64,000 bases of DNA. Origin: an uncultured Chthonomonadaceae bacterium (GTDB lineage: Bacteria; Armatimonadota; Chthonomonadetes; Chthonomonadales; Chthonomonadaceae). The stretch covers positions 416,001 through 480,000 of the forward strand of contig CAWFQB010000004.1 of assembly GCA_963817895.1 (NCBI GenBank), given 5' to 3'. A program made the translations under genes and the position numbers. Within the stretch, counting starts at the first letter, position 1. The number at the start of each line of letters is the position of its first letter. A model generated the notes under the pieces. That model had not been told where the DNA came from. It saw only the letters and a program-made list of their open reading frames with translations, and searched no databases. This document shows positions 29,726-41,201 of this stretch, one piece after another.

Positions 29726-30430
29726 ATGAACGAAGTGAGCAATACGAAACCTACAGAAACGTTTTCGGGGGAGTGTATTTCAGAGCCTGAAGACGGCAGG
29801 GCGTGGATTGGCTACGTCGCGCCGATGGCGCTGTTTATGGTTCTTTCGATGTTTGAGGGCGACACAAACAGATATGTCTGGATTTACATTCTGAAAGTGG
29901 TGGTTGTCAGCCTGAGTCTGATCGTGTTTCGCAAGACCCTGCGCGACTACCGCTTTGAATGGCGCGTCCTGCTGCCTGCACTGCTTGTCGGTCTGTTTGT
30001 TTTTGTGGAATGGATTTGGATTGACCCGCACACGCCGCATCTGGCGTTCGGGAAGCGTATCGCTTTCGATCCGCTTGCCCTGAGCGAACCGCAGCGTACC
30101 CTGTTCCTGACCTTCCGCCTGTTCGGGCTGGCGGTCATGGTTCCCATCATGGAGGAACTGTTCTGGCGCTCGTTCCTCATCCGTTACATCACGACGGAAA
30201 AATTCCAGTCTATCCCGCCGTATGCGTTTTCATGGGGCGCGTTCGCCGCAGTTACGGGAGCCTTTGCCCTTGCGCACCCGGAATGGCTGGCCGCTATCAT
30301 CTGCGCTGTCGCGTATGGCCTGCTTCTGCGCCAAACCAAAAGCCTCTTCGCCTGCTGCATCGCCCACGCCGTTACCAACTTAACCCTCGGCATTTACGTT
30401 CTCACCACGCACAACTGGCTGTACTGGTGA
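29726..30430 (+). CDS. CAAX prenyl protease-related membrane protein (type often found with PEP-CTERM/exosortase systems)
   Basis: VPIMEELFWRSFL, FALAH, AHAVTN; multiple TM segments. Confidence 0.85.
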   Translation: MNEVSNTKPTETFSGECISEPEDGRAWIGYVAPMALFMVLSMFEGDTNRYVWIYILKVVVVSLSLIVFRKTLRDYRFEWRVLLPALLVGLFVFVEWIWIDPHTPHLAFGKRIAFDPLALSEPQRTLFLTFRLFGLAVMVPIMEELFWRSFLIRYITTEKFQSIPPYAFSWGAFAAVTGAFALAHPEWLAAIICAVAYGLLLRQTKSLFACCIAHAVTNLTLGIYVLTTHNWLYW

Positions 30431-30433
30431 CGG

Positions 30434-30535
30434 AGGAGAAAAGGAGAAAAGGAGAAAAGGAGAAAAGGAGAAGAGGAGAAGAGGAGAGGGCGAGAATCTG
30501 TTTCTTCTCTCCTCTTCTCCTTTTCTCCTTTTCTT
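30434..30535. repeat. Inverted repeat built from tandem 8-mers GGAGAAAA / TTTTCTCC
   Basis: Six to seven GGAGAA(A/G)A units followed by complementary units, between convergent genes. Confidence 0.85.
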
Positions 30536-30540
30536 TGCAA

Positions 30541-30888
30541 CTACCAGCCTTGCGGCAGTTGAATCCAGTTGCGGGTGACGTAATCGCCCAGAGTGCCGAA
30601 CATCAGCAGGAACCAGACGAAGCCGATGCTGGCCCATACCCATGTCAGGCGCGTGCCGTGTTTCACGCCCATGAAGAACAGCACGACAAGCACCGCTTTG
30701 ACGACGGCGATAATCAGTGCAAGGATGACATTCATCGCCTCGAAAGGCAGTTTCCAGTACGACGCCCAAATGGTAAGCCCCATGAGAAGCATCAGCGCGA
30801 GATAGACGAGGCCGTACTCTTTAATCGGTCGGATGTGATGCGATAGATCGTGCGTGTCTTCGGAATGGTGTTCGGTGTGCGCGGTCAT
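30541..30888 (-). CDS. coxD: Cytochrome c oxidase subunit IV
   Basis: Three TM segments, IAVVKAVLVVLFFMGVK; last gene of the cox operon. Confidence 0.88.
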   Translation of the reverse strand: MTAHTEHHSEDTHDLSHHIRPIKEYGLVYLALMLLMGLTIWASYWKLPFEAMNVILALIIAVVKAVLVVLFFMGVKHGTRLTWVWASIGFVWFLLMFGTLGDYVTRNWIQLPQGW

Positions 30889-30890
30889 GT

Positions 30891-31740
30891 TTACGGATGC
30901 CCTCCTACCAGATAGAGGATGGGGAACAGGAATATCCAGACAATATCAACGAAATGCCAGTACAGGCCGGTCATTTCCAGCGTCATGTAGTCTTCTACGT
31001 TGGGATGCCGGAAAAGGTACATTGATCCACAGTATGCCCATCACGAGGATGCCGATAATAATGTGGATGGCGTGAAGCCCCGTCATAATGAAGTACAGGC
31101 AGAAAAACAACTGCTTGCCGTCTTCCGCCAGTCCTTTTTGATTGGTTTCAGCAGTGTTCGCCCCCGTCTCCGAACTTACGGACGAGTTGGGCAAATCACC
31201 GGCGGAGCGGACTATCGGGCCGCGCTCGTGGTACGCGCCGGGGCCTTCGCCAAGCGAAGTGCGCTGACGAGATTCCGCCGATGTTTCATTGGGATTGCTT
31301 TCGGCCCCGACAGATTCGTAGTGGAACGTAGGGCCGGGTATCAGGTGGTGATCCCACTTCTCTTTGTATTCGACGGTCTTTACGCCTAAAAAGATGAACG
31401 CGCCGATCAGGGTAAGTCCCAAAAAGGCAAGCGTTCCGCGGCGACTTGCCAGCATTGCGCAACGCACAGCGAGTACCATTGAGAAACTGCTGCTCAGGAG
31501 AACGACCGTATTGAAGCTGCCCCAAAATGTGTTGAGGTGCTTGTGCGCGTCGTCAAAGTCCGTGACGTGGATAGAGCGATATATCGTCAGCGCAAGGAAC
31601 AACGCGCCGAAAAACATAATCTCGGTGACGAGAAACGTCCACATGCCGACGATATACGCCTCGTTCTGCTGTTCGATGTCCTCGAACTGGTGCGACACAT
31701 GCTGATGCGCGTATTCCTGATGTCTGGCCTCAACACTCAT
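30891..31740 (-). CDS. coxC: Cytochrome c oxidase subunit III; frameshift near 31015 (probable error)
   Basis: [32 protein letters not shown]-terminus [20 protein letters not shown] in the shifted frame. Confidence 0.9.
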
Positions 31741-31785
31741 GTAATCAACTCCGGGCAACCCTGCTATATCGCAAAGGTGTCTGAC

Positions 31786-33549
31786 TTATAGCTCTTCGCT
31801 GCTGCGCCCTTTTTGTGGCGTGTTGTTATTGGTCATGTGTTCGTCGTTGTATGCCTCTTCTTCGACGGCGCCAGACAGACCGGGCATAATCTCGCGGTCA
31901 TGCCGCGCCTGCTCTTCCATCTCCTCATCGTAGGCATACGCTTCAAAGGTGACAATCGGCGTCTCATCGAAGTTGTGCGAGGGCGGCGGGGAGGGGATAC
32001 TCCACTCCAGACCGCGCGCGTCCCACGGATTCGGGCCGGCAATCGCGCCGTATTTCAGCGACCAGATCAGATAGAACAGGGGCAGGGCGTAGCCAACACC
32101 TAAGACGGAAGAGCCTGCGGATGACAGCACATGCCATACCTGAAATTCCGGCGCGTAGTAGTGATACCGGCGCGGCATCCCCATGTAGCCGACAATGAAC
32201 TGCGGGAAGAACGTCAGGTTGAAGCCGACGAACGTAATCGCAGCGGCCAGTTTTGCCCAGTTTTCCGGGTACATGCGCCCCGTCATTTTCGGCCACCAGT
32301 AGTGTATGCCGCCGAGATACGCCATGATCGCGCCGCCCACCATGACATAGTGGAAGTGCGCCACGACAAAGTACGTCTGGTTCAGGTGAACGTCAACCGC
32401 GAGCGCGGCAAGGAACAGACCGGTCAATCCGCCAAGCGTGAACAGTCCCATGAAGCCGAGCGCGTAGCAGAACGGAGCCGTAAACGAAACCTGTCCTTTG
32501 TAAATCGTCGCCGTCCAGTTGAAGATTTTGATGGCGGTCGGCACGGCGATCATGAAGCTGATGATGGAGAACACCATGCTTGAATACATGGACTGCCCCG
32601 TCACAAACATGTGATGGCCCCACACCAGAAAGCCGAGAACGGCAATCGCCATACTGGAAAAAGCGACAAAGCTGTATCCGAAGATGCGCCGCCGGGTAAA
32701 CGCCGCCATCAGTTCGCTGATAACGCCGAAACCGGGCAAGATCATAATGTACACAGCCGGGTGCGAGTAGAACCAGAACATGTGCTGGAACAGAATCGGG
32801 TCGCCGCCATTGGCCGGGTCGAAAATGCCTAAATGCAGGGTGCGCTCGGCAATCACGAGCAGCAGGGTAATGGCGACAACGGGCGTCCCCAAAATCTGAA
32901 TCACGCTTGTGGCGTACATAGACCAGCAGAACAGGGGCATACGGAACCACGTCATACCCGGCGCGCGCATTTTATGGATCGTAACGATGAAGTTGATACC
33001 CGTAAAGATGGACGAGAACCCCGCTAAAAACGCCGCCACTATAGTTAGAACCACGTTGGTATTGCTGTACATCGAACTGTACGGCGTGTAGAACGTCCAG
33101 CCGGTATCTACGCCGCCCGCCACAATGGACGCGACCGCGAACAACCCGGCGACTGTGTACACATACCAACTAAGCAGGTTCAGGCGCGGAAAGGCGAGAT
33201 CGCGCGCTCCGATCATCAGCGGTATCAGGAAGTTTCCTAATACGGCGGGAATGGACGGTATCAAGAAAAAGAAGATCATCACGACGCCGTGAATCGTGAA
33301 AAGCTTGTTGTACGTTTCCGACTGAAACCATGTGTCGTGCGGCGTTGTGAGGGCAATGCGAATCATGCCCGCCGCGATGCCGCCAATACCGAAGAAGAAG
33401 GTAATGGACACAAGGTACAGAATAGCGATACGCTTATGGTCAACCGTGAGCAGCCACGAACTGATCGTGTGCTTCACGTTGAGGTAGTTTTCGCGCATCA
33501 CTTCGCGCTCTCCCGGCAATTCGTTTGGCTGAATAGAATATCCACTCAT
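31786..33549 (-). CDS. coxA: Cytochrome c oxidase subunit I (heme-copper A type)
   Basis: [43 protein letters not shown]. Confidence 0.97.
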   Translation of the reverse strand: MSGYSIQPNELPGEREVMRENYLNVKHTISSWLLTVDHKRIAILYLVSITFFFGIGGIAAGMIRIALTTPHDTWFQSETYNKLFTIHGVVMIFFFLIPSIPAVLGNFLIPLMIGARDLAFPRLNLLSWYVYTVAGLFAVASIVAGGVDTGWTFYTPYSSMYSNTNVVLTIVAAFLAGFSSIFTGINFIVTIHKMRAPGMTWFRMPLFCWSMYATSVIQILGTPVVAITLLLVIAERTLHLGIFDPANGGDPILFQHMFWFYSHPAVYIMILPGFGVISELMAAFTRRRIFGYSFVAFSSMAIAVLGFLVWGHHMFVTGQSMYSSMVFSIISFMIAVPTAIKIFNWTATIYKGQVSFTAPFCYALGFMGLFTLGGLTGLFLAALAVDVHLNQTYFVVAHFHYVMVGGAIMAYLGGIHYWWPKMTGRMYPENWAKLAAAITFVGFNLTFFPQFIVGYMGMPRRYHYYAPEFQVWHVLSSAGSSVLGVGYALPLFYLIWSLKYGAIAGPNPWDARGLEWSIPSPPPSHNFDETPIVTFEAYAYDEEMEEQARHDREIMPGLSGAVEEEAYNDEHMTNNNTPQKGRSSEEL

Positions 33550-33601
33550 AGTGTTTTCCTGCTATTGTTCAACGCTGATTAGCGATCTATCTTAGTTGTT
33601 C

Positions 33602-33627
33602 GGGCAAACACAGGGGTTTGCCCCTAC
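33602..33627. repeat. GTAG-type REP palindrome
   Basis: Minus strand GTAGGGGCAAACCCCTGTGTTTGCCC; copy at 4866. Confidence 0.75.
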
Positions 33628-33670
33628 ATCTATTCGGAAACTCAATCTTTTACGGCTGCTTTGCGTTGCG

Positions 33671-34852
33671 CTATGGGGCGCTCGGCGCGCCCGACGGCAC
33701 ACCCGACGTACTGGCTGCCGAAGCGGCGGGAATGGCGACCCGACCCGGCTGTAATGCCGGACTGCCGGCAGGCGGCGCGGACGCATTGCCATTCGGCTTT
33801 TCGGGCGAACCAGTGTCCGTCGGTTTTGGCGCAGCATTGTTTGTCGTCGTGTTTGTCGCTGCCGGCGCGTTTGTTGTCGTCGGGCTTGTCGTCGTTGCAA
33901 CGCCGAGTGTCTTGATGTACGCGACGAGAGAAAGCACCTGCTCTTCCGTCAACTGTCCCTGCTGCGGGCCGACCGGATACGCGGGCATTCCCCACGAGGA
34001 GTAGCCTTTCACGACCTGCGCTGTCGGGTTGACAATGGATGTGCGCAGATAGTTGTCGTCCGCAATCGCCGTGCTGCCGTTCGTGAACTGGCGCACCTTG
34101 TTGTAAATCCCGTACAGGGTGGGGCCGTGAACATTGTTTTGCGCCGCGTGGCAGTTCGCGCATCCCAGCGTATTATACAGGCTTTCGCCCTGCGTGGTGA
34201 TGGTTTCATGCGCCTGCGTGTCTCGCGTTCCGCCTGTGTCCGTCCACACCTGATAATCGGCGGGGTCCATCACGTACACCCATCCGGTCATTTCCGAATG
34301 GTTCGTGCCGCAATACTCCGAGCAGAACAGGTGGTACTTGCCCGGACGAGTGGGCAGGAACCAGCAGGTATTGTACCGACCCGGCAGCACATCGCGCTTT
34401 ACCCGGAAGGCGGGGACGAAAAAGCCGTGAATCACGTCCTGCGAAATCATCGTCAATTTGATGGGCTTGCCGACAGGGATATGCAGTTCGTTGTTTTCGC
34501 GTATCCCGTTGGCGTGTTGTACGTGCCACATCCAGCGTTTGCCGATAACGAATATCTCTGTGGCGTCCGCGGGTGGGCGATACACCTCCGTAAACGGTTT
34601 CGCCGCCCACAGAAACACGCCGAGCGCGAGAAACAGCGGCCCGATAGACCACGACAATTCCAGAATGATATGCTCATCTACAGCACCCTTGCGCGAGTAC
34701 CGCGACCCGCGCCGGTAGCGAATGGCGAGAAACATCATAATGGACGGCACTACGAGCGTGAAAAACAGCGTCAGCAGGCACAGGACAATAAAGATGTTAT
34801 CTACGTCTACGGCAAACGTCGAAGCCTGTTCGGGGGCTATGGGAAAGTTCAT
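33671..34852 (-). CDS. coxB: Cytochrome c oxidase subunit II with fused cytochrome c (caa3 type)
   Basis: DVIHGF, CuA CSEYCGTNHSEM, heme CANCH, P/T/A-rich tail. Confidence 0.95.
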   Translation of the reverse strand: MNFPIAPEQASTFAVDVDNIFIVLCLLTLFFTLVVPSIMMFLAIRYRRGSRYSRKGAVDEHIILELSWSIGPLFLALGVFLWAAKPFTEVYRPPADATEIFVIGKRWMWHVQHANGIRENNELHIPVGKPIKLTMISQDVIHGFFVPAFRVKRDVLPGRYNTCWFLPTRPGKYHLFCSEYCGTNHSEMTGWVYVMDPADYQVWTDTGGTRDTQAHETITTQGESLYNTLGCANCHAAQNNVHGPTLYGIYNKVRQFTNGSTAIADDNYLRTSIVNPTAQVVKGYSSWGMPAYPVGPQQGQLTEEQVLSLVAYIKTLGVATTTSPTTTNAPAATNTTTNNAAPKPTDTGSPEKPNGNASAPPAGSPALQPGRVAIPAASAASTSGVPSGAPSAP

Positions 34853-34862
34853 ATCTGCCCAT

Positions 34863-35777
34863 CTACCTTTCTACCATCCAGCAGTATCTGCTTTTTCTCC
34901 GCCGAAGCATCAGGCCGATGCTGCATCCGAGTATCAGCACGGTCGCGATGCCCAAAACCTGACTGATGCGGGTTACGAACAGGCCGTACTTGCCGGTCGT
35001 CGGGTCGTAATGGTAGCACAGGATGAGAATCTGGTCTATTTTTGAGCCGATTTTGTTTTCGCCGGCTTCGGTCAGCGCCAGTTTCATATCGCGGGCAATG
35101 TAATCGCTGCCATAAAAGTAGCGGAATGTTTTGCCTGTTGGGGATAGCACGACAAAGCCGGTGGCGTGTCCGAACTGCTGCGTTTGCAGGTTTTTAACGT
35201 AGTGGAAGCCGATAGTTTCCGCCAGTTTGGAAATATTCGCGTCCGTGCCGGTCAGATAGTGGATACCCTGCGCCGAGTCTTTGTTCGTCAGTGTGGACGT
35301 GTATTCTGTTTTCCTCGCTTTGGAAATTGCCGGTGTTTCAGCGGGATTGATGCTGACCATGATTACCTGAAAGTCGCGTCCCGGCTGATACTTCATGTTG
35401 TTGAACGCGCTCATCAAGCCGGCCTGTTCCGTGTTGCAGGCTCCGGCGCATTTGTAGAAGGGCATCATCAGAATGGAGGGTTGTTTGCCGTTGATGTAAT
35501 CGCGCAGCATCACGTTTTTGCCGTCTTCGTCCACGAACGACAGGTCAACCGGCACATCCGTATTCACCTTCTGATCGAAATGCACATCCGGCGTAGCGGT
35601 CAGAACGGATTGTCCCTGCGCCAGTCCGACATCGGGCTTCTGTGTCTGCGCCGACACGCCGGATTGCGCGAACGCGGCAAGGCAAGCCGCCACACCCAAA
35701 TTCAACGCCTGTGCGCCCCATGAAAACCGGGTTGTTCGTACCATGCGTTCATCCAACTTTCTACTCTCATCAACCAT
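34863..35777 (-). CDS. SCO-family copper chaperone
   Basis: CAGAC (CxxxC), VSINP.E, FGHATG, CYHYDPTTGKY; the extreme C-terminus may be frameshifted. Confidence 0.88.
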   Translation of the reverse strand: MVDESRKLDERMVRTTRFSWGAQALNLGVAACLAAFAQSGVSAQTQKPDVGLAQGQSVLTATPDVHFDQKVNTDVPVDLSFVDEDGKNVMLRDYINGKQPSILMMPFYKCAGACNTEQAGLMSAFNNMKYQPGRDFQVIMVSINPAETPAISKARKTEYTSTLTNKDSAQGIHYLTGTDANISKLAETIGFHYVKNLQTQQFGHATGFVVLSPTGKTFRYFYGSDYIARDMKLALTEAGENKIGSKIDQILILCYHYDPTTGKYGLFVTRISQVLGIATVLILGCSIGLMLRRRKSRYCWMVER

Positions 35778-35887
35778 CTTAAAAGCGTTAACCGGTACAT
35801 CTCTGTACAGTTATTTTTACAATTCAGGAACGCGGAACATTGCGTTTGTACCGGCTTACGAAATGCCGGTTTGCCGCAGGATAGGCT

Positions 35888-36571
35888 CTAATGCGACCCT
35901 GTAGAATTGGGATCAGACAGGGGCAAAGGCAGGCCGCCGCCGCTGTTGGTTCCATTCCCATTTGTTGGGGAGGGCGTGGAAACACCGGGCGCGTTGGGCG
36001 TCGGCTTTGTGCCGCGCTCCGAATTCACGCCACCCTGTCCCACATAGCCGCCGTTCCCGCTCCCGTCCATTGTGCCGGAGGTTGGCGGCACACCGGAACC
36101 GGCATCTTTGCCGTCCATAATCGGGGGCGAATACGGCTGTGTCGTTGCCCGCATGTCCACCGGCCCCGCGCCCGGACGGATGGGCAGTTCCGGCAATACC
36201 AGCGTCATTGCGCGGTCAATGGGAATATGAATCGCGCCCGTGCGCGGATCGCGTCCGTATCCATTGATGGCGGCGAATTCGTTCTGGCGGTAATCTTTAA
36301 TGTCCTGCACGGCATTGGCTTGCAGGCGCGGACCGGGCGGCAGTTGGCGCGAATACGTCAGCGGGAACTGCGATTTCTCCTCGCCTCCCGGCACATACAC
36401 AAACCGGAACAGCACCCACGTCACGGACGCCGCGCCTGCCACGAACACGAACAGGAAGGCGACCCATTTGGCGATGGCGCTGAGAGATACGTCCCGCGTT
36501 TCGTACAATCGTCCCGTGTCGGGTATGGGAGTCGGGTTGTCATGCCCGTGAGAATCGTTGTTATTACGCAT
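35888..36571 (-). CDS. Single-TM ACIII-associated protein (ActG-like position)
   Basis: YETRDV, one TM, PPGPRLQ, IPIDRAM; located between actF and sco. Confidence 0.7.
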   Translation of the reverse strand: MRNNNDSHGHDNPTPIPDTGRLYETRDVSLSAIAKWVAFLFVFVAGAASVTWVLFRFVYVPGGEEKSQFPLTYSRQLPPGPRLQANAVQDIKDYRQNEFAAINGYGRDPRTGAIHIPIDRAMTLVLPELPIRPGAGPVDMRATTQPYSPPIMDGKDAGSGVPPTSGTMDGSGNGGYVGQGGVNSERGTKPTPNAPGVSTPSPTNGNGTNSGGGLPLPLSDPNSTGSH

Positions 36572-37805
36572 GAGCCTCCTCCACGTAATTCAGGTCTGCC
36601 GCGTCTTCAATAGTGACTAAGGAGTTGCGGCGGGCGAACCAGAAGAAGCCGAACATCCACACGCCGCCAATACCGATAACCGCCAGCGGATACGCGAAAT
36701 TAAACTGCGTGACCAGTTCCGTGTACAGGTTTTTCTGGTAAAACGGCACAATGTTCCAGAACGATTCCAGTATGCGGATACCGAATATCCACATTGCCAC
36801 GTTGCGCAGCAGCATCGGACTGCGCTTGGTCTTGCCGGACAGCAGGCACAAGAACGGCCCGAAGAACATGGCAAAGACGAGAAACGTTGTCACATACGCT
36901 GTCGTGCCGTTGTTGCGCTGTATGTAGTAGGTAATCTCTTCCGGCAGGTTGCCCGACCATGTAATGATGAACTGCGATACCGAGAAGTACGCCCACACCA
37001 TGCACAGGGTCAACATCAGGTTGCCCCAATCCTTGAGGGGCTTGGCGGTGACAACTCTGGTATAAATCGCGTCTCCACGCATCCGCAGCGTGGTAGCCAT
37101 AATGGTTGTAAACGCCAGCGCGGTCAGCGCGGAACCGGCCATATACCACGCGGCATAAATGGTCGAATACCAGTGCCGATCCAGCGACATTACCCAATGC
37201 ACATACGCGAACGTGCCTGAGAGCATAAAAGCGCAGAAACTAAGGGCGGCATAGTCTACGCGAGTCTGAATGATTCTGGCGTCACGGGTGCGATCCTGAT
37301 CGGCAGACAGACGTGTTTGCATGGCTGTAATCAGCGTCCAGAGGCCGAAGTAAGTAACTGTGCCGATAGTCCAGGCAGTCGGGTTCATAAACAGATAACG
37401 GTGCGCCATTTTCTCGTCGGCGTGAGCAACGGCGTAGTCACCCCACGGATAAATGCTGCGCGCGCCCATCCAGACATTGGCAATGATGGGCAGAAACAGC
37501 ACGAACATCCATGGGAACATCTTCGCGCCCGCTTCCCATAAGCGCAGAACGGGAAAACCCCACGTTCCCCGCGTGATATTGGTCAGCAGCATGAGCGCGA
37601 AGCAGCCGAGCGTGACGGACATCCAGAATATCCAGCCGTACAGCCATGCCTGATAAAATATAGTTTCCGTGCCGCCGCCAAGATGCAGCAGAAAGCATCC
37701 CAATACAAGTCCGACAAGCGCGGCAATGCCCACAATGCCCGCTTTTTGTCCGAACGGCTCCCAATCGGCGGGGAACAGCCTTGTATTATCTGTTGCCTGT
37801 GCCAT
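36564..37805 (-). CDS. actF: Alternative complex III subunit F
   Basis: Polytopic; WVMSLDRHWYSTIY, WAYFSVSQFIITWSGNLPEE. Confidence 0.9.
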   Translation of the reverse strand: MAQATDNTRLFPADWEPFGQKAGIVGIAALVGLVLGCFLLHLGGGTETIFYQAWLYGWIFWMSVTLGCFALMLLTNITRGTWGFPVLRLWEAGAKMFPWMFVLFLPIIANVWMGARSIYPWGDYAVAHADEKMAHRYLFMNPTAWTIGTVTYFGLWTLITAMQTRLSADQDRTRDARIIQTRVDYAALSFCAFMLSGTFAYVHWVMSLDRHWYSTIYAAWYMAGSALTALAFTTIMATTLRMRGDAIYTRVVTAKPLKDWGNLMLTLCMVWAYFSVSQFIITWSGNLPEEITYYIQRNNGTTAYVTTFLVFAMFFGPFLCLLSGKTKRSPMLLRNVAMWIFGIRILESFWNIVPFYQKNLYTELVTQFNFAYPLAVIGIGGVWMFGFFWFARRNSLVTIEDAADLNYVEEAHA

Positions 37806-38850
37806 TTGTCCCCCCCATCGGCGGCGTCGCAGTACCTGCGGACGGCGGCCTTGCGCCACTCTGGTTATCGTGTTCCGGCACTTCCGGCGCGTGGCGAATC
37901 GTCCCCGAACCTGTTCTGCCGGACGGCATAGTATTTGTCGGCGCTCCGGGCGCGTTGCCTGTTGCGGGAGTTCCCGGCGCGTTTCCACTTTGGGGCGTAC
38001 CCGGCCCGTTTGTGGTTGCCTGCGGTGGTGTGCCGGGGGCGGGCTGCCGATTGCCGTTTTCGGGCGTGTTCGGAACCGGGGTATCCGCAAGCGGCGCGTG
38101 GTCTGTTACCGAACCCGTGCCATTTGCGCCCGGCGTATTATTGTTTCCCGGCTGCGGAACAAAATTGTCAATCTGCGCTTTGGCGGCGGGCGATATTTTG
38201 GTATCGTCTACATCGCCGCGACCCGCGTTCTGGCTGCGCTGAAGGGCGCGAATGTAGGCCACAATCCGCCATCGGTCATCCGGCTCAACACGCGACGCAT
38301 AAGAGTACATCGTGCCGTAGCCGTTGGTAATCACGTCGTAGAAGTGACCGACGGGCGCGTTACGCAGGCGCTCCTCGTGGTAGTTACCCGGCGGGCGGCG
38401 CAGGGCAAAGCCGCGCTGCGCGATCATCCCCTGCCCGTTGCCCAATGCGCCGTGACAGGGCGAACAGTAGATGCTGAATCGCTCCTGTCCCCGCGCCATA
38501 TCCTGTGAGGTAATTTTGAACGGGAACGTGGTCGCCACCTGAAGATGGTTGTCAAAGCCGGTATAACGCGCCGAATCCGTCCAGTATTGGCCCCGCGCGA
38601 CGGTATTGTTGATCGGCTTGCGCTGCGCCTGCTGATCCGGGAAAAAGTCGCTCGGATACTGCGGCTTCACTTTGGGTTGTATCCACATATCGGTGTGGCA
38701 GCCGGACAACCCGACGAGCAGCAATAGGCCGGAGTACCTCACCCCAACCCCTCTCCTTGCCGCTCCTGCGTCGCCAGGAGAGGGGCTATTTGAGGTGGCG
38801 GCTGTGCCAGTGGTTATATTATTGCGTTGTATGCGGAAGGGAACTCGCAT
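37786..38850 (-). CDS. actE: Alternative complex III subunit E (monoheme cytochrome c lipoprotein)
   Basis: Lipobox LSGC, M..QPK, CSPCH, DRWRIVAYIRALQ; long P/G/T tail. Confidence 0.9.
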   Translation of the reverse strand: MRVPFRIQRNNITTGTAATSNSPSPGDAGAARRGVGVRYSGLLLLVGLSGCHTDMWIQPKVKPQYPSDFFPDQQAQRKPINNTVARGQYWTDSARYTGFDNHLQVATTFPFKITSQDMARGQERFSIYCSPCHGALGNGQGMIAQRGFALRRPPGNYHEERLRNAPVGHFYDVITNGYGTMYSYASRVEPDDRWRIVAYIRALQRSQNAGRGDVDDTKISPAAKAQIDNFVPQPGNNNTPGANGTGSVTDHAPLADTPVPNTPENGNRQPAPGTPPQATTNGPGTPQSGNAPGTPATGNAPGAPTNTMPSGRTGSGTIRHAPEVPEHDNQSGARPPSAGTATPPMGGTNGTGNR

Positions 38851-38867
38851 GTTCACTTTCCTAAACC

Positions 38868-39422
38868 TCAATTCTCGACTTCTGACACCTGTAGCGGGTT
38901 CAGGCCAAGCAGGAAATCTTCGGTTTCTTCGCGGTCGAATTTCGGGTCTTTCGACTCGATGCACAGGAAAAAGCGCGTTTGCGACGCCAGTTCAAAGCGC
39001 GGCGCGTTGAAAATGGGATGGTGCGGGCGCGGCAGGCCGTTGAAAGCGAGCATCGCACCGGCAGCCGTCAGCGCAGCCAGCAAAATGGTACATTCAAATG
39101 TGACCGGAATAAACTGCGGCCAACTGAACGCGGGTTTGCCGCCCACATTCCAGGGATAGTCGCAAACGCTGGTATACCATTGCAGCCCCATGCCGCCCGC
39201 CGCCCCGGACAACCCGGCCAGAAACACAGCCCACGGAATACGCCAGTCGTTTAGGTCGAGCGCGTCTTCCTCATACAGACCCGCGACCGGAAACGGCGTA
39301 TACGCATCCATGACCCGGTAGCCCGCCGCTTTCGCCGCTTTGACCGCCGTGATCAGATCTTCGGGCGTATCAAACTCCGCCGTCATGCCGTATAAGCGGG
39401 GTAATGTCGTCTCGTGTAACAC
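38868..39422 (-). CDS. actD: Alternative complex III subunit D (DUF3341)
   Basis: AEFDTP, DAYTPFPV, GGKP.FSWP.FIPVTFE, NGLP. Confidence 0.92.
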   Translation of the reverse strand: MLHETTLPRLYGMTAEFDTPEDLITAVKAAKAAGYRVMDAYTPFPVAGLYEEDALDLNDWRIPWAVFLAGLSGAAGGMGLQWYTSVCDYPWNVGGKPAFSWPQFIPVTFECTILLAALTAAGAMLAFNGLPRPHHPIFNAPRFELASQTRFFLCIESKDPKFDREETEDFLLGLNPLQVSEVEN

Positions 39423-39433
39423 GTTCGTTCCTC

Positions 39434-39555
39434 AGGCATCAGGCATCAGGCATTAGGCATTAGGAAAATCCTGCTGTTATCCAATATGCGCAATTTTAAG
39501 TATCATAGCATCAGTCAAGTTCTTCCTAATGCCTAATGCCTGATGCCTGATGCCT
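39434..39555. repeat. Inverted repeat of tandem 7-mers AGGCAT(C/T) between actC and actD
   Basis: 4x AGGCATY, AT-rich spacer, 4x complementary units. Confidence 0.9.
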
Positions 39556-41053
39556 CTATTCGTGCTTAAGTCCCGCAGGACTGGTAATCGCGTTGGCTTG
39601 TTCGCCGCCCGGACTGACATGGCCGTGATGACCGTCCGTGCCGTGTTCGCCACCATGCGTGTGGTTTTCGTGGTGCAGCAGTTCGCGCATTTCAAAGATC
39701 GAAATCATCGGCAGGAACCGGATGAACAGGAACATCAGGAAAATGAACTGCCCGATGGTTCCCAAAAACATCGTATAGTCGAACGGGCGCGGCACATAGT
39801 AGTTCCAGCTTGACGGCAAATAGTCGCGGTGCAGGCTGACCGGAATAATCACGAACCGCTCGAACCACATCCCGATACTGACCGACTGGCACACAAGGAA
39901 CAGCACTTTCAGGTTGGTACGGAACTTCTTAAACCACATCAGTTGCGGAATCAGGATGTTTGTGCAAATCAGCACCCAGTACGACCAGCCATACGCGGGG
40001 CTGAAAATGCGGAACCGCAGCATGTCCATCTCGTACTTGTCGCCGCCGTACCAGCCGAAGAATACTTCCATCAGGTAGCCGTAAGCGACAATCAGGCCCG
40101 TCGTGAGCATGATTTTCGCCATCCAGTCAAGATGCTTCATCGTAATGAAGTCTTCCAGATGGTACCATCTTACGAAGGGGAATGGCGAACGTGATAACCA
40201 TCGCGAACCCGGCGAAAACCGCGCCCGCGACAAAGTACGGCGGGAAAATCGTCGTATGCCAGCCCGGGACGATTCCAACGGAGAAGTCGAAACTCACGAT
40301 GGAGTGGACCGAAAGCACCAGCGGCGTCGAAAGTCCGGCAAGTATCAGGTACGCGCTCTCATACCGCTGCCAGTGCGAGGCGGAACCGCGCCATCCCAAC
40401 GCGCCCGCGCCGAACAGCACTTTGGCGTACACGTTCGTCGCCCTGTCGCGCAGACTGGCAAGGTCGGGTATCAGGCCGATAAACCAGAACACCGCTGATA
40501 CCGTCGCATACGTGGAAACCGCGAACACGTCCCAGATAAGCGGGCTGCGGAACTGCGGCCACATCGCCAGAATGCTCGGATACGGGAACATCCAGTACGC
40601 GCACCAGGGTCGCCCCGTATGCAGCAGTGGGAACAGACCGGCGCACGAAACCGCGAACAGCGTCATGGCTTCCGCAAAGCGGTTGATACTGGTGCGCCAC
40701 TGCTGTCTGAGCAGCAGCAGAATGGCCGAAATCAGGGTTCCCGCGTGGCCGATACCGATCCACCACACGAAGTTGATGATGTCGAAGCCCCACGCGGACG
40801 GCTCATTGATGCCCCAGATACCAACACCCATCCACAGCAGATAGACGATGGTGTACATCAGCAGGTTGAGCAGCAGAAATCCGATGCCCACCATGACGTA
40901 CCAGGGCATCGGGTGTCCGGCCTGATTCAGCACGATCCGCCCGATACGATCCGTGATCGTTTCGTAGGTGTTTCTGCCGCCAATCAGGCGGTTTCCGGTC
41001 GGTTCTGTATTTTCTCCCGGCGCAGGGGTCGGGGTCGGGTAAACGTCAGCCAA
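39556..41053 (-). CDS. actC: Alternative complex III subunit C (NrfD family); frameshift near 40168 (probable error)
   Basis: [58 protein letters not shown] in the second frame. Confidence 0.93.
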
Positions 41054-41073
41054 CGGGTTACTCCGTGAGGAGA

Positions 41074-41199
<126 letters not shown>

Positions 41200-41201
<2 letters not shown>

